Origin: Adineta vaga
Taxonomy: Eukaryota; Animalia; Rotifera
Length of the DNA: 64,000 nucleotides
Reading direction: 5' to 3'
NCBI GenBank assembly: GCA_021613535.1
Contig: CP075497.1
Location: forward strand, 10,044,001 to 10,108,000
This document shows, in pieces, positions 1 through 13,416 of the stretch. Every line of letters starts with the position of its first letter. Position 1 is the first letter of the stretch. The notes under the pieces are model-generated. The model saw only the letters and a program-made list of their open reading frames with translations. It was not told the DNA's origin and made no database searches. A program made the position numbers and the translations under genes.

Positions 1-343
1 AAAGATGCAGTTAGATCTTCAATTTCTCGATCGGTATTTTGTCTCATTTCATGAGCACGTTGAATTTGTTCATCTTTTGTTCTTAAATCATCTTTTACTT
101 TTTGTAATTCATCCAGTAATGTTGTAGCTGATGATGAATGTTCGAGTGATTCAGATGATGGACCAACAACATTATCAATACTAAATGCTCTGTAAATATT
201 GTCCAAATCAATTAATCTTTCGAATTAAAAGGAAAAATAAATACATACGAATCAACACTATTGGCATCACTAATGTCACTACGATGATCAGGTATGGAAT
301 CGCTTGGATGATTATTATTGGACGTTTGTTCCATCATCATCAT
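1..343 (-). CDS. RAB3IP: Rab3A-interacting protein / Rabin8-like Sec2-domain GEF, 5' end (runs off the window)
   Basis: Manual splice on minus: exon 343-249 (MMMMEQTSNNNHPSDS...), GT-AG intron 248-181, exon 180-1 reading ...DELQKVKDDLRTKDEQIQRAHEMRQNTDREIEDLTASL. This matches the Sec2 coiled-coil motif ELEELTASLFEEA. Confidence 0.8.
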
Positions 344-2214
344 CTTGAAGAAAACTACAAGTGGGAATAGTGACGCTTCGTTTTATGCTTCAATGAGCAA
401 AGTAAAGGAAAGAAAATAAAAACGTTGTACGGATTGTATGTTAAGTATCTAAAGAAGAAAAAAAATAGTTTTCTTTTTCGAAATAAAAAAAAAGGTCTAT
501 GCTATTCTTGTTCTTTTTTTTTGCTATATGAAAATGTCTTATCAATTTTATATTAAAAAAGAAAGACGAAAGAAAATAAATCATGCATAATCTACGATTG
601 AATTTCCCTCCGGATTCTACGACATATCGATAGAAAATGATTATATAAATACTTTCTTTATTCGAGAAAAATCATCATTAGACTCAACGTCATTGTTGAT
701 ATAAATAATGATTCATTTAATGTCAAAAAATTCCTTGTTTTTTTAAAAGTATATTCCTTATCAAGGATTATTTAAAATGCAAAAAAAAACAAATGATAAT
801 GACGTCGAAGAATTTAATGAAACAAAACAATATAGAAAAAAAAACGAGAGAATAGAGAAAAAAAATTGGCTAGTGCACACACATGACAACCTCGCTCATG
901 CATCTACTTAGTCGCATACTTTCTGTCTTCCTGAAGAACGAACGAACAAACGAAAGAGAAAAGAAAATGTGAATCATAATTACTTATTCACCATTCATGA
1001 TTTGAGAAGATAGATGGGAGTAGTTCATCATTTACCTTTTCTTTTTTCTTTCATTCATTCTTGATTCTCAAATGATGGTAATTAACAGAACAGTATAACG
1101 TATCGACAAACAAGGTCGTGTCTTTCTTTTCTAGTCATGAGAAATTGATTTCTTGCTATATCAATGTCATATGTCTAGTTTTAAAAATATGGAATTTGAT
1201 GGTTTCGTATTAACAATAAATTTGCGAAAACTTGAACAATTGCTGTTTTCTATTTTGTTTTGATTGTTGACTAAAGCAAAAGAAAAAGAAGTACATATCC
1301 TTGGAAAAAAGAACGAAATTATTTATAAAACATAAGATTTCTTTTATTTATTCATTTATGTTTTAAAAATAAATCGACTATTTTGGTTGGCATGAAATGA
1401 TGATCTTGAAAATTTAAAGTTTTCTTTTTACAAAATGTCGCGTATATCATACATCATCGCACTTTCTTATATTCAATCAATGTTTTCACACTTATGCTCT
1501 CTGCCATTGTCGTTTTGTTCTTTTTTCTTCTCCTTAACAATAACAGAATTATAGCAACACATAGTTTTCTCTTTAAGTGACGCTTACTACTGGCATCGTT
1601 TTTCAAATCAATAAAGAAAAATCTGAACAGGACATCTGAAAAGAAGGAAAAAAAAGGTCTATATTTTCTGGATGTTGTTACACGTTCAAAAGTAAACATC
1701 ATTGATCAAGGCATTTTTTTTCTTCATATTTGTAACTAAACATGTGCATAATCTAATATATTTTTCTGATTAGAAAATAAGTCGAAGCTAATTTTCATTT
1801 TTTCGAAAACGAATATTTAAATTGAGATAATGACTTAAATGCAAGTACGAAAATGTTTTGTTCGTTGTTTTATACCTTGAAGCAATTGGAGAAAAATGAG
1901 AGATGAAGAAAAAAAAAGAAGAAAGAAACCATTTGTTATTCAAACTCTTTTTTTTCACTTTTCTCATTTCATTTTTAACGTTTTAAACACTGTCATTTCA
2001 TGTTTTCGTTTAGACAAATACATACAACAAAAGAATAGACGAACCATAAAGAAATAAATGATGCCATTTTTCTTATAATATTAAAGAGAAAATGCAAAAA
2101 CCATTCCTGTCGTTATTCAATTGATCTTCCATAAGAACCTATATAATTCATATCTATTATCTTTCTTTCCCAAAGTTATCTCGTTGGCGTTAAATTGAAA
2201 AATGTAAATTCATC

Positions 2215-3741
2215 ATGTCCAGAGAACAATATACAACGAATTTATCTTCAGAATCACGTATGAATACTACCAACGATTTATCTAATAGTTCAGGAGCGGC
2301 CCGTGTTCCTTATCGTTCTATATCTGCTAAACGACCACGTGATCCATCAAATCGTAAAAGTGTTTCGTTTAATGATGTTCCTATTATCTATGAAGTACCA
2401 TCTCATGATGCTATGCGTAGTTCCAATTGCGATGCTTATCGATCATGGTTATACACTGATCCAACATCGCCTACGGCTGCTATTCCATCATTGTATTCAA
2501 CACAAACGCTATCACCATTGAATTCAACGAGTATTACTGCTCAAAAATTACATGCCAATCGTTTAAGTAGTGCGTTATATGCAACATCATCAACATTGAT
2601 AACACCAAATCGCATGCCAGATTGGGCTTTACGAGTTAAAACACAAAAGACAACATCATCGACTGAAGAGACAAATTCAACAAATGAGAACAATCAACTC
2701 TCAAATACAAATGTTCCTGTTTTACAAACAACATTGGATGAAAACCTAAATAAAGAGAATGCAGTTAAAAATAACAATCAATCAACATATAATCATACAG
2801 CTATGATTCATTCTTCTCAATCAACATCAACAACATTAACATCTTCATCATCAGCAGTTACTTCAGAAACTAATGAAGAAAAAAAATATTCTTATCGTAC
2901 AACACCTCTCATACCTGAAACAGAACATATTCGTGGTTTTTCACTTACGAATGGCTCATTGACTAATTCAAGTCCAACTTACACATCAAATCTATCTTCA
3001 AATCTTAGTCAATCAACAAATTCTACAAATGAAGCATTAACATATCCAAATTCGCGTATATTACGTGCACGTTCTGCTATAACACCTTCGACAACAATTC
3101 AATCATCAATACGTACGAATGATCCTATATCAATTTCTCCCTTTCGTGCAACAGCAGCAGCCTTCTCAACGAGTACTCCAACTCCTGCAGCAAGAGCAAT
3201 ACTACGACCATCAACAGTTGCATTTCAATGCACCCAGCCAGGAACAACAATGTCAAATATCAATCCAACGAATAATTCATCAACAGTACCATCAACAACT
3301 GCAACACATACAACGAAACCGCCAACAATAGCACCTCGTTTTCATCCATCAGCCGCTGCAACTGCTGCTGCTCATTCTCGTTTCATTCTACCTCAAAATC
3401 GAACTTTGACATCAGCTGCACTATCAGCTGCTGCAATGAAATATACGATTGCTCATCCAACCATTGAGTCAACATTTGCAAATAATATGATTTCACAATC
3501 AACAATTTCAAAACCTCCTCCAACAGCTTATTCGCGATCACGTTCAGCAAATGTCTTAAATATAAGACGTACACCTGCACCTGTTGGTATGATGGATGGC
3601 CATTCGCATGGAAATACCGCAACATCATCAATTGATCCAACAAATAATTTATATTCAACAACAAGACGAAGTCCAAATGTGAGACAAAACTATGGTTCTT
3701 ATTTGTTAAATCGTGTTCTATTACCCACGACTACTAATTGA
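2215..3741 (+). CDS. Intronless 508-aa Ser/Thr/Asn-rich, probably disordered protein with an N-terminal RVxF-type (RKSVSF) PP1-docking motif
   Basis: Long open frame in AT-rich DNA, low-complexity composition, motif RKSVSFNDVPIIYEVP; no globular domain recognised. Confidence 0.7.
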   Translation: MSREQYTTNLSSESRMNTTNDLSNSSGAARVPYRSISAKRPRDPSNRKSVSFNDVPIIYEVPSHDAMRSSNCDAYRSWLYTDPTSPTAAIPSLYSTQTLSPLNSTSITAQKLHANRLSSALYATSSTLITPNRMPDWALRVKTQKTTSSTEETNSTNENNQLSNTNVPVLQTTLDENLNKENAVKNNNQSTYNHTAMIHSSQSTSTTLTSSSSAVTSETNEEKKYSYRTTPLIPETEHIRGFSLTNGSLTNSSPTYTSNLSSNLSQSTNSTNEALTYPNSRILRARSAITPSTTIQSSIRTNDPISISPFRATAAAFSTSTPTPAARAILRPSTVAFQCTQPGTTMSNINPTNNSSTVPSTTATHTTKPPTIAPRFHPSAAATAAAHSRFILPQNRTLTSAALSAAAMKYTIAHPTIESTFANNMISQSTISKPPPTAYSRSRSANVLNIRRTPAPVGMMDGHSHGNTATSSIDPTNNLYSTTRRSPNVRQNYGSYLLNRVLLPTTTN

Positions 3742-5043
3742 AAAATAAAAGAAGATTGTAAATTTGTATTTTTTTCTTCTACTTCTTAAGTAAAGAAAAA
3801 TAGAGTCTTTTCTTTCAATCGTGATAATTGATTTTTATAGCCTTAAAACCTTAATCAGCATGATAATACAATCACCTTGCCTATTGATCGATGTGTATAT
3901 ACAATATATATTTGCACAAGCATCTTCTTCTTTTTTTTCTTCTCGTATTTGATGAGAAGGATGTGTGTGTGTGTGTTATATCCGATGAGACTCTATTACG
4001 TGCAATAATCGTCCCGAACTAATTTATTTGGTAAGTCGTCTTTCATCTCGAATGTGAGGGTGAGGCAAACAGGTGACTCTTTTAAGCCTCTTCTTTTCCC
4101 TTTTTTACTCGTTTTTTCTCTCATATTTGTTGACTGAAGGCTTGCTATGCCGAGGTCGATCTTTGAACAAACATTGTACGAAATGATAGTGGTGAGAAAG
4201 AATTTAACCAACGTTAATTTGAGTCTTGATGAAGGTAAAATAGAAGAAGAGAGAGAGAGAGAAAAGAGAGAATAAAATCGAAAGATATCTGCAATGCAGA
4301 TATACACATATATATATAAAGAAGAAAAAAAACGAATGACATGATCATTTCAATTCACAATCAATAAAGTGATAGTGTGTAAAGTAAGTATTCTATCTTT
4401 TTCTCGCCTTCTTTCTCTCTCTCTCTTTCATTAGATTGTGTGAACAACATAATATTTATCGTTGTTTGATCGATAAAATAAGATAGCAATTGTGATGTGG
4501 TATGTTTCCATCTGACAACGGTTCTCATCGCTATTCTTTCTTTCTCATAACGAACAAATTACTTATGATTGTTGGCTTAAGATACCAATTTTTTCTTTCG
4601 CAATCTCACTCTTAATGTTGGCTTAACGATAGGCACCCGTATGTGTGCATATGTTATTCGTTTTTTCTCTCTCTTTCGTTTTCATGAGTATATATAGAAG
4701 AGTGTTTTTTTCGTTGTAATAACAATCAATATTGAAATTTAGTTGCTGAACTTGCGTTTGATCGTGCGAGTTAGGACGGACAATGATGATGCATATGAAT
4801 TTCTTTGTTCGTCTGGCTCGTATTATTGATGCAAAGTCTAAAACGACGTTTGAATTTATTTATTTTGAGGGTGTAGTAGCAACAGGTAAGAGAAAGCATA
4901 CAGAAAAATTTTTGTTTGTCATGCTCGTATTAAAAGAGCGTATGTGCATGTGAAAATAAGAAGTGGGATGAAAATATTGATGTTATTGTTTCATTTAACA
5001 TTTCTTCATTTCGAGAAGCTGACAGAAAAAAAGTACAAACGTG

Positions 5044-5845
5044 ATGAATGTTATTCAGACAACAAAAAAACCAACGATAAGTTCTTCATTTTATGATAGT
5101 TATACAGAAAAGCCAGTAAAATGGTAAGATAAAATATTTCTCATTGATTTTAGTTTTTGAACTTCAATCGAATTATGATCATTTTAGGTACGAAATCGTC
5201 GATGGTTATCGACAATATACGGAAACATATTTACCCTTACGTTTAGAAAACTATCCTCGAGAAATGTGGGAGAATTTTAAGAAATTCTTTAAAATAAACG
5301 AATCAGATGAAATTGATGACGATCCGTATGAAAAATTTTCTTTTCTATAATTTACATTTCAAGTTTAATGGGATTTTGTTTTAAGGGTAAATGAAGTTGA
5401 ACAAACACGTGCTGATGGAAATATAATTAAACTCACTGAGTATGATTTAACGAATGATAAATATGATGCACGAATATCCAATGCTGTAAGAACACATACA
5501 GAAAAGAATAAATTTGCTCAGAAACCTCCGTCGCGTCCATTGAAAGCAGAAGCACCTGTTCGACCACCACCTGAGCGGTAATTATCAATTAAAATCATTG
5601 TTTTTCTTCTCTTACTAAATTGATTTTTTCTTCTTCTTCTTAGCTCTCCTAATACTTCTCGTCGTCGAGGGTATTCAAATCAAGTCGGACCTAGTCACGA
5701 CGATTGTCCCGAATGTGCTGCTTTAGCCGCGAAAAGTTTTCCAACTATGTGTGATTGTAATGAATGCCGAGCTAAACGAACTACCAATTCAAATGGTGTT
5801 CCATACTGTGATTGTCGTATATGTCGAAATACGAAACGTACTTAA
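5044..5845 (+). CDS. 4-exon ~203-aa uncharacterised protein with C-terminal Cys cluster
   Basis: Exons 5044-5123, 5188-5325, 5386-5577, 5644-5845. All introns are GT-AG and the phases give a 612-nt open frame ending HDDCPEC...CDCNEC...CDCRICRNTKRT*. Confidence 0.75.
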
Positions 5846-7956
5846 AATCTTTTTTTCTGTCTATACATTTATATATATATACAATAAATCGTTGAAATAA
5901 ATAGACAGAAACGAAAAGCAAATGTTCTTGAATATACTTTACTTAGTTATTTTTTGATTATGATGTAACCCAGTTAAAAATAAACATTGTAGCAGATGAA
6001 CCATGAGTTTTGAAGCATATTTAAACATAAAAGACAATGTAATTACATAGAAATACCGACAGTTTGAATTTATTATTAGCAAGAAATAGTGTCGGTTAAT
6101 AGATATGGTGTTTTAATCTCGAATTCGCGGTATCATTATCTCTCGCATTGTATTTTCTGCATGAAGTACAGTGTAAAAGAATATCCTTATGTTGAAATCG
6201 TTACCTAGATGATGTTATCTATATAATAGATACTATATATTCTATTATCTTCCAATTAAACAATGCCTAACGATGGAATACTCAAAATGTCAATGGTTGC
6301 TTATTGATATTGAGATGAAGTTGACAATGTCCACAAAATTCATCAACAAAGTTCTTAAATTACCTTTCAGTTATCTCCAATTTCCGTTGAATCTCTCGAA
6401 TAACTTTTCCACAAAAGAGAATCTTTTTCTAATAAGAAATTTAAAAAAATTTTCTTTTAATGATATAAACGAAATGAATTCATGACAATTTTGATATAAA
6501 ACGTATTTCACATTATGTAATCATTATTAAACCAGAACTAAACGGTAATAAAAAGTTATTTGCATTTATTTGTGTGAATATCGTGTATGTTATTTTCTTG
6601 TCAAATCCAAAAACTAAGTATAGGCAATGTCAAATTTTTCTTTTCTAATAATTACATATCGAATCAGAAAAAACCTAGCTAAAAAATATTGTCAGAGAGA
6701 TTACACCGGATATAAAACTTATGCATTCGTTCATTTTTTTGTTATGTTCACGAGAACATATTAGTTACAGACAAATAGTCGGAAATGTTCACATAGGAAG
6801 AAGTGTCGATTAAGACTTCTCTTTTGTTTTGATCTTGTGAATTTTTCATATAAATATGTTTGCTTCTTCTCTTCTTCTGTTTCTCGTTAATCTTCACTGA
6901 AATAATAAGGTTCTTAAAGAATCTATTTCTTCTTTTTTCTTGACGAAGTTTTCTCTTCTGATCTGTTGTCATTAGATAGCGTTTTTCCTCTTTCTAAGAT
7001 GACACATCCAGATTAAATAAAGTGAAAACTAACAGATAGATCGCGATGAAAAGGACATTTCTGTTTAATTTTATCGATTATTTATTGTTTAACAAAGAAA
7101 ATTGCTTTCATTAAACCTGGATAGTATTGACGTATTTCATTCATCTTATTTGTCGTTTATCTGTCTTTTTTCATTTCTATTTGATCGAAACGAACAATAT
7201 TTGACTGAGAAGAGATTATTGTTTCCCTCTCTCTCTCTCTCTATATATATATTTTTTCCGCCCCTTCATTTAAATTATAAATGCCAGAGAAAATGATGAA
7301 ATAAGATCAACGAGCAGGCAAAGTTTATTCTCTAAACATTACCCAGTTCAACAATTTCCTTATTTTTATCAATATGTGTTGTGCCCTAGACAAGGTAGGT
7401 AATGCCCTTATACACAAAAGATATTCTTAGCCATTATTACATTGATGAAAACCTATTAATGTAATAATTACTTTGGTACAAAGAAAAGAAATTCCATGAA
7501 AAGATGTTCTGAATGTTGGATATAAAAGTTCATTGCAGCATATTTTTTTACGCAGTGAGGCTGTTTTTAGCGTGTGCCTTTCATCTATTCAAATTGAAGG
7601 AAATACGTGAGAAAAATCACGATAGAATAATGTTGATTTTCTTGGAGAAAATAGACTGAACTGTATGTAATAAAAGACTTAATGTCACGTTTGCATTATT
7701 TGCCTGGATGTTGACAAGAAGAATTGAGATTTTTGAATGGTTTTTGTTGGTTTTATCTCAAATGACAGTTATTACAGCTTCTATTAATCTATTTATATTA
7801 TCATAAAGATTTTTTTTCTTCATATTCCACATGACTTGAACAATCCTTGATTCATTTTCTAATATTTCAAAACAAGAGTCATTTCCATATCTCTTCACAT
7901 ATTAGAAAGTTTTCATAGTACGCCCTATTAATTTTTTGCCCTTTCAGACAATTGCA

Positions 7957-7982
7957 TATATATATATATATATATATATATG
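7957..7982. repeat. (AT)n microsatellite
   Basis: atatatat... run just upstream of the GPCR coding exon. Confidence 0.9.
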
Positions 7983-8020
7983 TTTTCTTTCTTTTCATAT
8001 AGATTGATCTCGATATTTCC

Positions 8021-9409
8021 ATGTCGACTTTAAATTGGACTTATTCACAAATAATCGATCCTGTATTACCAATTAATTCATTATCATATGGACAAGATAG
8101 TTGTCAATCAGGATTTATCATATTTCTTTTAAAAACACAACCAATATTCTTATTAATCTTTGGTTTTCTGGCAAATTTATGCTCATTTATTGTACTAATT
8201 CGACCACGTTTACGTCGTCGGCCAACATTTTCATATTTAGCTTTTTTGAGCTTATCCAATGCTTTACTATCATTAATTCATGCAAGTTTCAGTATCCTTG
8301 GAGTTTATTTTGGTTTAACATTGGAAAATTTGCCATTATTTATCTTTTGTCGATTATTAAGTCGATTTGCTATTGATTTTTTAACACATTTCTCACTTTA
8401 TACATTAACAGCTGTTGATATTGATCGAATTCGAACAGTTACATCGAAAACAACAGGTTCTCATCGATATAGTCGAAGTAATGGAGGAAGACAACATGGC
8501 TGTGCCAAAGCATTTATTCACGTATGTTTTGTTGAATTATTTCTTGCAACGATTCTCTTACTTATCGATTCTCATTGGCTTACTTCATATGGATATACAA
8601 TTTATGATTCCGTTACATTGAAAACTATTCCAATGTGTACGATTCCTCCATTGAATCATACAAGAGATTCAACTTTTTATAATACAGCTTATAACAAATA
8701 TCTCACATCAATTTTACCACTTGTTGAATTAACTCTTTTCAATATTTTACCATTTTTAATTAGTCTTATAGCTACAATCATTATTTTACGACATGTTTCA
8801 ATCAAATATTCATTATTAAGTCATATTAATAAACGATTAAAAAAATCTCGTCGTCGAATGGAATTACATTTATCAATATTATTAATTTCATTAAATTGTG
8901 TTTTTATATTATTAACAACACCACATACAATCTATAGTGTTTATCTTGGACAATTACAAATACATTTGAATACTAAGAATGAAACGGAAGGCGATGTATG
9001 TATGGTATCTGTTTTACAAAAAAGTTTAGATTTATTACAACAATGTTATTTTATGTCAACATTTTTTCTTTATATCTTAACAAACAAACGATTTCGTGAA
9101 GAATTTTGGGAATTAATTCGACGAAATTTATTTCTATCATGTGGAAATATACAGTCTAATGAATCATTAGCACATCTCTCATCACATCATCGTCATCGTC
9201 ATCATCGCCATCATAATCATAATGACAAGACAGACGATCAAAAAGCGGATCACTTATTACCACCCTCACATTCCATGATGGAAACTCGATTTTCTCTTTC
9301 AGATTATTTATCACAAGATGATGTGGATGATGATGAACAAGTATCATCATCAAAAGGCTATGATACAACTGTCATGCGTCTCAGTGTATATCGCCCATCT
9401 TTATTTTAA
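8021..9409 (+). CDS. Class A (rhodopsin-like) GPCR, peptide-receptor-like, single coding exon
   Basis: Seven hydrophobic segments; TM1 GFLAN, TM2 YLAFLSLSN, TM3 ending VDIDR (DRY variant), TM6 FILLTTP, TM7 FFLYILTNKRFREE (helix 8). Confidence 0.88.
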   Translation: MSTLNWTYSQIIDPVLPINSLSYGQDSCQSGFIIFLLKTQPIFLLIFGFLANLCSFIVLIRPRLRRRPTFSYLAFLSLSNALLSLIHASFSILGVYFGLTLENLPLFIFCRLLSRFAIDFLTHFSLYTLTAVDIDRIRTVTSKTTGSHRYSRSNGGRQHGCAKAFIHVCFVELFLATILLLIDSHWLTSYGYTIYDSVTLKTIPMCTIPPLNHTRDSTFYNTAYNKYLTSILPLVELTLFNILPFLISLIATIIILRHVSIKYSLLSHINKRLKKSRRRMELHLSILLISLNCVFILLTTPHTIYSVYLGQLQIHLNTKNETEGDVCMVSVLQKSLDLLQQCYFMSTFFLYILTNKRFREEFWELIRRNLFLSCGNIQSNESLAHLSSHHRHRHHRHHNHNDKTDDQKADHLLPPSHSMMETRFSLSDYLSQDDVDDDEQVSSSKGYDTTVMRLSVYRPSLF

Positions 9410-9612
9410 CTGTAAATTGCTTTCATTTTTTGTTGTTGTGATTGATTGTCTATCAAAATCGAAGCTTTGTAAACTGCTAAATTCATTCAATGAAATAGTG
9501 AATCAAGTTTTTCAGAAGTGAATATTTACATATGTAGTTGTTTTTATTGTCAATAAAAAAAGAAAAGATAAATATCTATTTATTTTGTTTAAGCTCGAGA
9601 ATAATACAAACA

Positions 9613-12600
9613 TTATGAGAGTTTTTTTAATGATATGTTCGAATCAAATCGTTGTAAACGATTTATAGCTCGATCTAATGTTGTCCCTGGTGTTCGAACT
9701 GAACGTAAAGATATACTTCGTACTTGTTCATAATGACGTTGAATTTCTGTAACAAGAGATTTTGCACGACGTTGATTGACTTTATCTTTATTATTATTGA
9801 GAACTTGACCAAGTGGTTGATCAATGACTGTTTGACGATCACGAATAATATCTAATAATTTATTAATTTCTTCTACTTTTGGTCGATTAGGTAATTTTAC
9901 TGGTGGCAGAGTTCGCTCCTAGAAGGACAAATATAACACATGAACTCTTTAGTTCAAACAACGTCATTATTAATGACGAAAATAGAGAAGATTTGTAATA
10001 GAAAACCATGATATCGATTTCTGAGATTAATATAACAAAAAATCATCCTCTAAATCATGTTTTACATAGATATTCAAATAACATTTACGAATTTACAGAT
10101 ATTTCATTAATTTGTTTCCAGTATTTAAATGTAATTTCACAGATGAATTCATTCGTCTGGGAACTTTTAACAACAGACGTAGTCTATTATTAAACATATG
10201 ACATAGGATTTATAAGACAAGAAAGTGTTTAATTATCTAGTCACATGAAATAACGTCGTGCTCTTTTTTTTATTCTGATTAATATAAATGATAATTAATT
10301 CTCGAGAATTTCTTACTTTAATAGGATGAAAATATATGCTTACCATTCTTTTTGGTATGAAAGTTCTTTGACGTCGGTTCACTTGAACATTATCATGTCG
10401 AACGACTAATGGATTACGTAGAATTTGTTTTAAATCACGTACACAATGAATGACATCTAGAAGAGAAAGGAAATTAGAATGAAATCGACTGAATAGTTGA
10501 AAACAAAATACTTTTTGGAACGGGAATATCTTCTTCGTTTTCAATATCGAGAAAGACTTCAAAACCTTTGAATTTTCCAGTAGATCTTGTTGATGTTTGT
10601 TCTGATAATGTTCTTGATTCAGATTGATTTTGTGGTTCAACTGGAGTTGCTGCAGCTGGAAGAAAATCTTCATTTTCAAACTAAAATAAAACGAAGAGAA
10701 ATATTTTTTTTACGTATAAAAGATTTCGTTTTCATTACATACTTCAGTCATAAATATATTTTCTGTTTGTTGATTCGAATTTTGATCATCAACAAGTGGT
10801 GTATCTTTAACGTATTTATTATCCTCTTCAAAAACAAAATAAGCTTTTCTATCTTAAAAATAATCGAAAACGTACCATGTGAAGTTGTATCTTCTGTTTT
10901 GTATTTTTCATCTTCCGATGAAAAATTCTGTTCACTAACACCAGTTAATAATTGATCTTCTGTTTGATTCTCACTATCAGTTTTAACATAATCAATATAT
11001 TGTTTAACAGCACCAGATAGTAACTGATCAATAGGTACTTTTGGAACTTTTGCAACATGTGTTGTAACCTTAGAAAGAAGTAATAAAGTATGACATAAGT
11101 CTTCATTACAGAAAAAAATATGTACTTTGCGATGTTTTTTTATTGGTTTCGCATAAAATGGTTTTTCAGGCTTCAGCAATGGATTGACTCTATAGAAAAA
11201 GAGAAGAATAATTCTGTTGTTGTTCTGTGTTGTTTATTTACCGATGAACTTTCATTCCAAGTCGATTGATAAGAAAATTTTCGATCAGTGGTGGAAGACC
11301 AACATGTCGTTTGATAAGTGGATTATCAACCAAGATAATTTCTGCTAAACATGGCCATGATGCTATTGCCATTACATCATCTTCTTCTTCAATCTGAAAT
11401 AAAATTCATTGTAAAATGAAAAGTTACTCTTGTTTTTTTTTTCAAATTACCAAATTAGAACTAATATCAAGATATTGTAATTCAGGAAAGGGTGGTAATG
11501 AAATGTCTTCTTCTTCAGGTACTGAATTTATTTTTCTATCACTGGATATATTTTCTTCATCTTCTTCAAAGATTGTACTTTTTATTGGTTGATCACCAGT
11601 CGAACCATGAGCATTGATTGATGACTGCGCTGAAGTTACGAAATATTGAATAAACGAATAAATGAAAGTGATATCATACTAGTACTATTTTGTTTCCTTT
11701 TCAATGCTGTTTTAGAATATTCTTGAACAACTTGACGACCTTGAAGGACTTTTAGGAAAGGAATAGTTCGAATATGATTATTTTGTAAATGAAGACGTTT
11801 GAGACTAGAAAGAAATGTAATGAAAGAAATTAAAATAATTAATAAATATTTACTTTTTTATTGTAGATAAATGAATAAATAATTCATCTTCTCCAAGTTT
11901 ATTTCGATCAAGATATAATTCTTCCAGTTGAGGAAAACGTTCTTTAACAAATTCTTTTCCATGTCTAAATCAACAAACAAAGATATCATGAAAATTGTAC
12001 AATTCAAATGTTTAATTTTTCAAAAAAAAATTAATAGAAGATAAGCAAAAGAGCATAATCAGTAATATTCTTCTAAATATACCTTTCTTTCTTTCACAAA
12101 ACAAAAGAACTGTACTAAAACAAGTTTTTGTTTTTAAATGAAACTTCAATCAAAAACTCATGATCGTAATTTCTTACATATCTGTAAATATATATGGTCT
12201 TGTTAATCGTCGTGGTAATCCAACAAGATCATTTCCTGTTGCATGAAGTATACGTAAGGATGGTAACATTCCCAATGTTTCAAAATCATGCATTGTTAGA
12301 TTATTAAATGAAAGATTTAAATCCTAAACGAAAATTTTAGAAGAAAACTTCAATTCGATTTTCGATTTTTACTTCAAGTGTTTCATAATCATTGACATTA
12401 AGTTTGATATTTTTAATTTGATTAAATGATAAATCAAGTTGGAGTAATTGTGGAAATGTTTTAAAACCATCTAGAATATTAAAAAATGAAATGGAAGAGA
12501 GAAAATTTTTCACATACGAAATGGTAATTGATTTTCACTTGCATCAATTTGTAAAATATTATCAAATAATAGAAAATCTTCTTCAGAAACCTAAATTTTC

Positions 12601-13113
12601 CTCGAAATGAATGAAAAGGTTAAATGAAAATTCTCGAATTTACTTCTTGTAATTCTAATCCATTGATACGTAAAATAACAACATTGGATGGATCTTCAAT
12701 GGCACAATGATGCATCTAAAAATGAACCATAAATCAGAGCAATGATTAGGAGAATTATTTACAATAAAAAATCCATCGAGTAAATGTTCGACTGTTTGTT
12801 CTTTTCCAGTCCATCGTTGTTTTTTCTTAATTTCTGTTTGAGTGACATCCGTTTCAAAAGGGGCAGGTGCAGAAAGTGTTGTTAATATAGCTGCAAAACG
12901 TCGCTGTTCTGTATCACGTAATGCAACGACCCATTGTTCTAGAAAAATCAATAGGAAAATATTTTCCGAATGTTTAAAATTCAAATACAAACGATTTGAT
13001 GTTGAACTTCGTAAAAGATTTCGTACAGGAAAACAATTCGAAGGTAAATCTGTTAGATTTTCATTTCCAGATAATGGTCCATGATCATATTTAATCCATG
13101 GTACTGTTGCCAT
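9613..13113 (-). CDS. XRRA1: X-ray radiation resistance-associated protein 1 (LRR protein), multi-exon
   Basis: Spliced translation has NCFPVRNLLR, LDGFF..HHC..DPS, IDASENQLPFDGFKTFPQLLQLDLSFNQIK, LNLSFNNLT..LGMLPSLRILHATGNDL, RFPQLEELYLDRNKL and C-terminal AKSLVTEIQRHYEQVRSISLR, colinear with vertebrate XRRA1 as I recall it. Confidence 0.85.
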
Positions 13114-13416
13114 TCTATTTTTAAATGTCAAAATTATTCAAATGGATTTTTTCTTTCTTCAAACCATTCGTACTTTTGTAACTCTAGCAACGATCTCTAT
13201 TGATGAAAATAAGATGAAATTTTACAATTTTCGAGCGACATCTATCAAGTTTCTGTTTGATTGAAATAATCAATGAACGAAGTACTATATTAGAAGAAAG
13301 GAAAACCAATTAGACTACAGTGTGCGCGTGACAACAGCTGTTTGAAAATATTGCAATCCTAACGTAATTATTTCATTTATTATCATTTCTATAAAAAAAC
13401 AAAAACACAAATTCCG
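13114..13416. promoter_or_regulatory. Probable bidirectional promoter between divergent XRRA1 and SMG6
   Basis: Only 303 bp separate the two start codons; contains a GC-rich gtgtgcgcgtgac element at ~13320-13332. Confidence 0.55.

Noticed and set aside
185-370. 61-aa plus-strand ORF
   Set aside because: Antisense shadow of the RAB3IP-like first exon and intron.
1454-7296. Short ORFs at 1454, 3996, 6273, 6748 and 7102
   Set aside because: K/F/L-rich translations of A/T tracts and microsatellites; no motifs or splice support.
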